From assembly GCA_964399295.1 (NCBI GenBank), contig CAYNQD010000001.1, positions 463,672 to 527,671 on the forward strand: 64,000 bases of DNA, in the 5' to 3' direction. Below are positions 58,441 through 64,000 of this stretch, one piece after another. How positions within the stretch are numbered: position 1 is the first letter of the stretch; each line of letters starts with the position of its first letter. This DNA is from an uncultured Candidatus Saccharibacteria bacterium (GTDB lineage Bacteria > Patescibacteriota > Minisyncoccia > Phycocordibacterales > UBA918). Position numbers and translations under genes: made by a program. The notes under the pieces were generated by a model. It did not search any database. It saw only the letters and a program-made list of their open reading frames with translations, and was not told where the DNA came from.

Positions 58441-59508
58441 TTATATTAGTCTCTCCAAACCTTTAGGGTTGGTTGAATAAGTAAAAGCATTCTCGACCGT
58501 GATGTCACCGTTTTGAACCAATCGAGCCAAGGAACGGTTCATGTCGATCATTCCCTGCTCCAAACCAGTCTCAATCACTGACGGAATTTCGTGAATGCGA
58601 TTTTCGCGGATGAGATTGGCGACAGCGGTGTTGTTTATCAATAATTCATAAGCCGGCACCAAGCCGCCAGCTATATGCGGAATCAAACGCTGTGAGAAAA
58701 TTGCAATCAAAGAACCCGACAACTGAACGCGAATTTGGGACTGCTGATCTCCGGGGAAGGAGTCGATAATACGGTTGATGGTCTGAGCGGCATCGTTGGT
58801 GTGGAGGGTTGAGTACACCAGGTGGCCGGTCTCGGCGGCCGTCACGGCGGTGGCGATGGTATCGGCGTTTCGCATTTCCCCCACCAAGATAACGTCAACG
58901 TCTTGGCGGAAAGCGGCGTTAAGAGCTTCGTGAAAACTATTGGTATCAATTCCGACCTCTCTCTGGTCAATCAGGGATTTCTCCTCCACGTACACATACT
59001 CAATCGGGTCTTCGATAGTCACGATATGTTCGGCTCGAGTTTTGTTGATGATGTTTACCATGGAAGCCAGAGTTGTGGACTTACCTTGTCCGACAGGCCC
59101 CACGCACAAAAAGAATCCCTGAGTCCGTTGGGTAAAGCTCTCCAAAATTGGCGGGAGATTTAATTCTTCAAAAGTTTTAATGACATTGGGAATCAAACGC
59201 AGAGCAATCGCCTTTTTTCCTCGCTGAAAAAAAGCGTTGCCACGAAAACGGACGGACTGAGTATTTTCATAAGAGAAATCTATCTCTTCTCTTTTAGCCA
59301 TTCTCTCGTACTGATCTGGACGCATCAGCACCTGCGCGAAAGCATCAACATCGGCGTTGGTGAGGATGGGTTTTTTGACCAGCGGAATCAGGGTTCCCGA
59401 AACCCGGATCAAAGGATGAGCGCCTACGGAAAAATGGATATCAGAAGCCTTCTCCGCCAAGAGCAAGTCAATCAACAACTGCAATTCTTTTTTATAATCT
59501 ACTGCCAT
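58441..59508 (-). CDS. pilT: type IV pilus retraction ATPase PilT
   Basis: Walker A GPVGQGKSTT, Asp box, Walker B, His box; about 355 aa, typical of PilT. Confidence 0.8.
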   Translation of the reverse strand: MAVDYKKELQLLIDLLLAEKASDIHFSVGAHPLIRVSGTLIPLVKKPILTNADVDAFAQVLMRPDQYERMAKREEIDFSYENTQSVRFRGNAFFQRGKKAIALRLIPNVIKTFEELNLPPILESFTQRTQGFFLCVGPVGQGKSTTLASMVNIINKTRAEHIVTIEDPIEYVYVEEKSLIDQREVGIDTNSFHEALNAAFRQDVDVILVGEMRNADTIATAVTAAETGHLVYSTLHTNDAAQTINRIIDSFPGDQQSQIRVQLSGSLIAIFSQRLIPHIAGGLVPAYELLINNTAVANLIRENRIHEIPSVIETGLEQGMIDMNRSLARLVQNGDITVENAFTYSTNPKGLERLI

Positions 59509-59517
59509 AATTTAAAA

Positions 59518-59892
59518 TTATTCTTGTTTTTTAACTATTTCTTCAACTTTTTTTACCACCTCGCTGGGAATGGAATCAGCCTTGATGATATATCCGATAG
59601 CTCCCGCTTCTTCCGCTTCCCTGATATCCTCATCTTGCCCTTGGTTGGTGAGAAAGATACTGGACTTAATTTGATTGGGAAAACGTTGGTTTATCATTTT
59701 TAATAATTCTACCCCGTTGGTACCAGGCATTATCATGTCCAAAAGAACAACGTCATAAACCTGACCAGCGCTAAGCAAAGACAGCGCGCTGGAACTTCCA
59801 TCGGCAGTCTCTATGTCGTGGCCACAGCCAATAAACTTAGTGGCATACATGTCCCTTAGAAACAAATCATCATCAACTAGCAATATCTTCAT
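59518..59892 (-). CDS. single-domain response regulator (CheY/PilH-like receiver)
   Basis: MKILLVDDD...DVVLLDMIMPGTNGVELL receiver motifs including the phospho-acceptor Asp. Confidence 0.75.
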   Translation of the reverse strand: MKILLVDDDLFLRDMYATKFIGCGHDIETADGSSSALSLLSAGQVYDVVLLDMIMPGTNGVELLKMINQRFPNQIKSSIFLTNQGQDEDIREAEEAGAIGYIIKADSIPSEVVKKVEEIVKKQE

Positions 59893-61705
59893 TAATGTTT
59901 ATTATATCGCTTTCGGCGGACTCAATGACTTGGTTATCGACAGTTCCTATGGTTTCGTCTATCTCCGTATCTACACCAACCTTGGTGCCAAAAGCGTTCA
60001 TTTCTTCATAAGGTATGACGTGGTTTAAAGCTTTTATAATCGCGTCTTCTTTCATGGACATAAAACCATGTCGCCTAGCCACTTGAAAAATCTGATCTTC
60101 GGAAGCTTCCCTTAAAATCAATTCCTGTATTTCTTCATTAACCTCAAAAGCTTCCATTACCGCCACTCGCCCTCTAAGCCCGGTAGCACAGCCAGGAGCC
60201 GGCTCCGGGTAGATGATGGTACGATTTTTGGGAATGCGTTCTTGGTATTTTTGTGGCAAAGTTTTGAAAGCTTCTTCAATCATGATTTCGGTACTGGAAT
60301 TGATTTCTTCTTCCCGACCAGAACCAGGGCAAATCCTACGAGCTAGTCTTTGAGCAATGGCGAGCTTGAGGGTCGGGGCAATCAAATATGGGTCAATCCC
60401 CATGTCTATCAAGCGAGGAATAACACCGATGGAATTGTTGGTGTGAATAGTGGATAATACCAAGTGTCCAGTGAGAGCGGCCTGAATAGCCAGCTGAGCT
60501 GTTTCCTTATCACGAATTTCTCCCACCATAATTATATCCGGGTCTTGTCGTAAAGCCGCTCTCAGACCATTGGCAAAAGTGTATCCGATTTCCGGACGCA
60601 CCTGCGACTGGCTGACACCTTCGATGTTGTATTCCACCGGATCCTCCAGCGACAACACATTCTTAGTCAATCTATCAACTTCAGACAACATAGCGTAAAG
60701 CGTGGTGGATTTTCCAGAGCCGGTGGGACCGGAAATAAGAATGATTCCGTAAGGCTCCTTTATCGCGTTCCGTACAATCTTCAATAAGTGCGGTGAAATT
60801 CCCGCTTCTTCCAGTGAACGCACACCTTTTTCATTATCCAAGATACGCATTACCACCTTTTCGCCGTGATTGGTCGGCAAGACAGAAACACGAAAGTCAA
60901 TTTTTCGGCCGTCAAAAGTGGCTGAAAAACGCCCGTCCTGCGGCTTGCGTCTTTCATCAAGCCGCATTGATGACAAAATTTTTATTCTCGCCACCACCGC
61001 CATGTGAACATTTTTTGGCAGTTCCAAAGAGGTTGTGAGGATACCATCCACTCTAAATCTGACGATGATTTTTAATTCTGTCGGCTCGACGTGAATATCG
61101 GAAGCATTGCCGTCAACGGCATAACGAAGAATCGTCGCGACAATTTTTGTCACCGGAGCATCCTCTTCAATATGCTCCATGGTTTTTCTGTCTTCTTCGG
61201 AAGCCTCCTCCACTTCAGAAGCGATTTCGGCATTCAATTCTCCTTCCAGAGTTTCCAGAGCGTCTGTAACCTCACCTTTTAAGTTGGCGTAAAAACTCTG
61301 CAACTTCTTGATATCCTCCTCCAGCATGAACATCAATTTGTAGGCAATGTTGAATTTTGTGCTGACAAAATTTAAGACTTCTTTAATCTGCAAGCTATCG
61401 GGGTCGTTGGCTCCTACTATCAAAACTTCACTCTCCATCATCAATGGTATCAGACGATAATGTACCGCTGATTCTTCCGAGATATAAGCGAGCAATTCTT
61501 CATTAACGCTAAAATTTTCCGGAATCACAAAATACGGTACTTGATAGTATTCGGCATACAACTTTCTTAGTATATCTCTAGGAATTCCCCTCTCTATCAA
61601 AACCGCCTCGTAAGAGTTACCAGTTTCTTTCACCAATTGCTCTACCTGACGAACAAATGACTCCGTAACTTCACCGCTTTCTAATAATTTTTCTAATGGA
61701 TTCAT
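59873..61705 (-). CDS. pilB: type IV pilus assembly ATPase PilB (GspE family)
   Basis: N1/N2 domains, Walker A GPTGSGKSTT, tetracysteine region (CPGSGREEE...). Confidence 0.85.
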   Translation of the reverse strand: MNPLEKLLESGEVTESFVRQVEQLVKETGNSYEAVLIERGIPRDILRKLYAEYYQVPYFVIPENFSVNEELLAYISEESAVHYRLIPLMMESEVLIVGANDPDSLQIKEVLNFVSTKFNIAYKLMFMLEEDIKKLQSFYANLKGEVTDALETLEGELNAEIASEVEEASEEDRKTMEHIEEDAPVTKIVATILRYAVDGNASDIHVEPTELKIIVRFRVDGILTTSLELPKNVHMAVVARIKILSSMRLDERRKPQDGRFSATFDGRKIDFRVSVLPTNHGEKVVMRILDNEKGVRSLEEAGISPHLLKIVRNAIKEPYGIILISGPTGSGKSTTLYAMLSEVDRLTKNVLSLEDPVEYNIEGVSQSQVRPEIGYTFANGLRAALRQDPDIIMVGEIRDKETAQLAIQAALTGHLVLSTIHTNNSIGVIPRLIDMGIDPYLIAPTLKLAIAQRLARRICPGSGREEEINSSTEIMIEEAFKTLPQKYQERIPKNRTIIYPEPAPGCATGLRGRVAVMEAFEVNEEIQELILREASEDQIFQVARRHGFMSMKEDAIIKALNHVIPYEEMNAFGTKVGVDTEIDETIGTVDNQVIESAESDIININEDIAS

Positions 61706-61713
61706 GACCAGCC

Positions 61714-62040
61714 TTAGAAATTATTATTGTTTGTAAAGGATGTGGAATTCTTAGAAAAAGGATTATCTTTGCCGACCGGCTGAACTTCTATCGGCTGGGT
61801 GAAATTCTTATAAGAGATAAATTTTGGGTCTTCAAACAATGAGGTGTCAATATTTATTTGACTGAGGGTATTTCTGCGTTGTATGAAAAGCTGCGTGTTG
61901 GCCAACATTTCAGTGGTTACATACTCGTTGTCGGAAAAGGCCATTTGTGAATTGTTGTTCTGCACAAAAATATAATAACCAGAAAAAGCAAAAGTTAAGA
62001 TTATTAGCAGTACCAAGATATTTTTAAGAGTTGAATTCAT
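61714..62040 (-). CDS. hypothetical membrane-anchored protein in the pilus operon
   Basis: Single N-terminal TM helix; position between pilO-like and pilB genes. Confidence 0.4.
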   Translation of the reverse strand: MNSTLKNILVLLIILTFAFSGYYIFVQNNNSQMAFSDNEYVTTEMLANTQLFIQRRNTLSQINIDTSLFEDPKFISYKNFTQPIEVQPVGKDNPFSKNSTSFTNNNNF

Positions 62041-62049
62041 AAAATAAAT

Positions 62050-62646
62050 TTAAATACGCGAGTAAGTTACAATCTTAATTTCGGAATTTAGCCTTTCCAG
62101 AGTTGACTGTCTACTTTGAACACCGGGCGTGGTAGCATCAGCAGTAGCCGTAGTAATCTTTAAATCATGTACCTCTAAAGGATAGTTGCTTTGCTCTAGG
62201 AGTAGTAAGAAGGCTTTTGTTTGTTCGTAGGTTCCGACAACACTGGCGGTAAAAGTGTGCTTGATGGGAATAGTCAGATGACTACTGGTGGCCACCACCG
62301 GAACTTGGTTTAGCTGGCTTTTTTCATCGTAAACGATATTTCTAATTTCCAGGCCAGAAGCACCGGCCAAATTAAATATATCTTTGGAAACAGCCACGTT
62401 ATCGACCTTATCCGGCATGTAAGTAACCAACGCCTTACGATCGGTTGCCGATATGCCATTGAGTCGATTAACTAAAGTGGATAATATTTGATTTACCTCA
62501 CTCACCTTTTCTCTTTCAACCTTGTACTGCGAAATTGCGTCTTGAGCCGCTCCAATTCTGATAAACGTGGGCTGAACGTAAATAACGGCAATACTGATTG
62601 CTAAAGCGGCAAGAATTATTTGAAAGAAAAGTGAATTGAAAATCAT
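62050..62646 (-). CDS. PilO-like pilus assembly protein
   Basis: N-terminal TM helix then coiled-coil, position after the pilN-like gene. Confidence 0.45.
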   Translation of the reverse strand: MIFNSLFFQIILAALAISIAVIYVQPTFIRIGAAQDAISQYKVEREKVSEVNQILSTLVNRLNGISATDRKALVTYMPDKVDNVAVSKDIFNLAGASGLEIRNIVYDEKSQLNQVPVVATSSHLTIPIKHTFTASVVGTYEQTKAFLLLLEQSNYPLEVHDLKITTATADATTPGVQSRQSTLERLNSEIKIVTYSRI

Positions 62647-62649
62647 ATA

Positions 62650-63384
62650 CTATTGATTAGGCAGCGAATCCTCAAGAGCTTCCTGCTCAAACACATCGCC
62701 AAGAGCGCTGTCGGACATTTCAAGCGATTCATCAAAAGACGCAGGTATTTCAAATGATTGGTTGGAAGGTTTTGTTAAATGAGGAATTAAATTGGTGGGA
62801 ACCGAAAGCTCAGTGTTGAACACAATACTGATATCCCTTGAAATTAAATTCCCTGATTGAGATTGTTGGTTTGGGTAATTTAGCTTTAAATCACCCACTC
62901 TGTCCACCATAAGCCTTTCATCTTTTTCAAAAACCCCTCTCTGAAATAAGACTGCGTCGAAAGTTTTGGCTTCCATTTCTGTCTTGATGGCAATTTTGGT
63001 GTCATCAACTCTCTTCAAATCCATACTCTGGATTCCAACCGGACCTAAAGTAGCTAATTCTAAAGAGTCAAAGATGGCCGCTATGGAGGCTGTGTGCTTT
63101 AGGCGATTGGAAGCTTGAAAGAGTCTATTGTCTTCATCCAAAAGAAGCCGCATATCTTCCTCCTTAAACAAAGCAATGGCGTTGTTTAAGGCGAGGATTT
63201 CAGCATCACGGTCTTTATTTAACTTCTTTTCGTATGCAAAGACTCCCAAAGTAGCGATCAAAACCGCGAAGAAAAATACCCTGACAATGAGCGTACCAAT
63301 AAAGATTGGCCTAGGAGCATCACGACGAACGCTCTTATTTGGGTTGCGCTTTGGAATGAACGATGTATTGGCTGACTCTGGCAT
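62650..63384 (-). CDS. PilN-like pilus assembly protein
   Basis: Short cytoplasmic N-terminus, one TM helix (FIGTLIVRVFFFAVLIATLGVFAY), periplasmic domain; follows pilM. Confidence 0.45.
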   Translation of the reverse strand: MPESANTSFIPKRNPNKSVRRDAPRPIFIGTLIVRVFFFAVLIATLGVFAYEKKLNKDRDAEILALNNAIALFKEEDMRLLLDEDNRLFQASNRLKHTASIAAIFDSLELATLGPVGIQSMDLKRVDDTKIAIKTEMEAKTFDAVLFQRGVFEKDERLMVDRVGDLKLNYPNQQSQSGNLISRDISIVFNTELSVPTNLIPHLTKPSNQSFEIPASFDESLEMSDSALGDVFEQEALEDSLPNQ

Positions 63385-63438
63385 AAAAATATTATACTTG
63401 GTTTAAGACTTAGTGGCGACTCAAGCCTGTGGACGAGA

Positions 63439-64000
63439 TTATTCGAATATTCTTAAAGTTGCTCCTAAAGCTACGTGAAAGGTGGGACTGAGTTCGGACA
63501 TCATATCTTCCATAAAAGCCGGGTAAGCGACTTTGCTAAAAGTACTGACGGCGGAGATGTCTCGTCTTAAAGCGTCCTGCACTAAAATCTTGGTAGTAGG
63601 AAAAATAGAACCACCACCCGTCAAATAGACAGCGTCTAATTTTATTGAATTTCTGTCTTCATATTCTTTGAGCACCTGCCTAAATTCCTGCCAAGCTCTT
63701 TCGTAGGAATTGTGATGAGCTCGCTCCATCTCACGAAAATCTTTATCCTCTTTTCTGATGTTGCGCTTTTTTATTTCCGCTTCTTCAAAAGACAGTTCAA
63801 AAGTACTGGCGATTCTTTTGGTGGCGATTACGCCGCCGGCGCGCACGCGGTGCATGCGTTGCAACAGGCCTTTTTGCGCGATGTATAATTTGGTGGAAAC
63901 TGCACCGATATCAATAATCGCGATATTCTCTTCCTCTTTATATACGCCACGAATGGAACTGAAACATTCAATTTCGGTTTGGGGTTGTTTTAGATTGGCA
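63439..64000 (-). CDS. pilM: type IV pilus assembly protein PilM (actin-like ATPase), 5-prime end beyond the window
   Basis: C-terminal PilM/FtsA-like motifs (VYLTGGGSIFPTTKILVQDAL; ATLRIFE); the frame continues open to the window edge. Confidence 0.7.
   Translation of the reverse strand, partial: ANLKQPQTEIECFSSIRGVYKEEENIAIIDIGAVSTKLYIAQKGLLQRMHRVRAGGVIATKRIASTFELSFEEAEIKKRNIRKEDKDFREMERAHHNSYERAWQEFRQVLKEYEDRNSIKLDAVYLTGGGSIFPTTKILVQDALRRDISAVSTFSKVAYPAFMEDMMSELSPTFHVALGATLRIFE

Overview
Roughly 64 kb of a low-GC (about 42%) bacterial chromosome using the standard genetic code (long genes such as clpB, ligA and topA are intact). A compact type IV pilus/competence gene set (dprA; pilM-pilN-pilO-pilB-response regulator-pilT-pilC-pilA-pilD plus four minor pilins), many short proteins and nine tRNAs suggest a small-genome, Patescibacteria/CPR-like organism; that is inference only. 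Housekeeping genes: topA, rel, parB, miaA, clpB, rlmB, pyrG, ftsEX, prfB, gatCA, ligA, and tRNAs Leu, Trp, Tyr, Gln, Thr, Asp, Met and a second CAT tRNA. Accessory content worth attention: (1) a RiPP-like cluster at 2.3-4.8 kb with a 60-aa precursor, a radical-SAM/SPASM maturase and a nucleotidyltransferase; (2) a mosaic island at 32.9-39.4 kb that abuts tRNA-Gln and is subdivided by four degenerate copies of the tRNA-Gln 3-prime end plus a conserved ~60-bp flank. Its cargo is a Nudix-SAHH-like fusion, an HExxH protein and a complete diversity-generating retroelement (target gene with C-terminal VR, 115-bp TR with adenine-specific mismatches, Avd-like four-helix-bundle gene, DGR-type RT). The RT reading frame is split by an (AG)15 dinucleotide repeat; (3) a perfect 70-bp inverted repeat brackets the major pilin gene pilA; (4) two adjacent secreted peptidoglycan hydrolases share a VirB2/TrbC-like Cys-rich two-helix N-terminus; (5) a divergent Zur-ZIP transporter pair has two 20-21-bp palindromic boxes between the genes; (6) hicAB toxin-antitoxin modules and remnants sit next to tRNAs. 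All of this is read from sequence and motifs without database searches.
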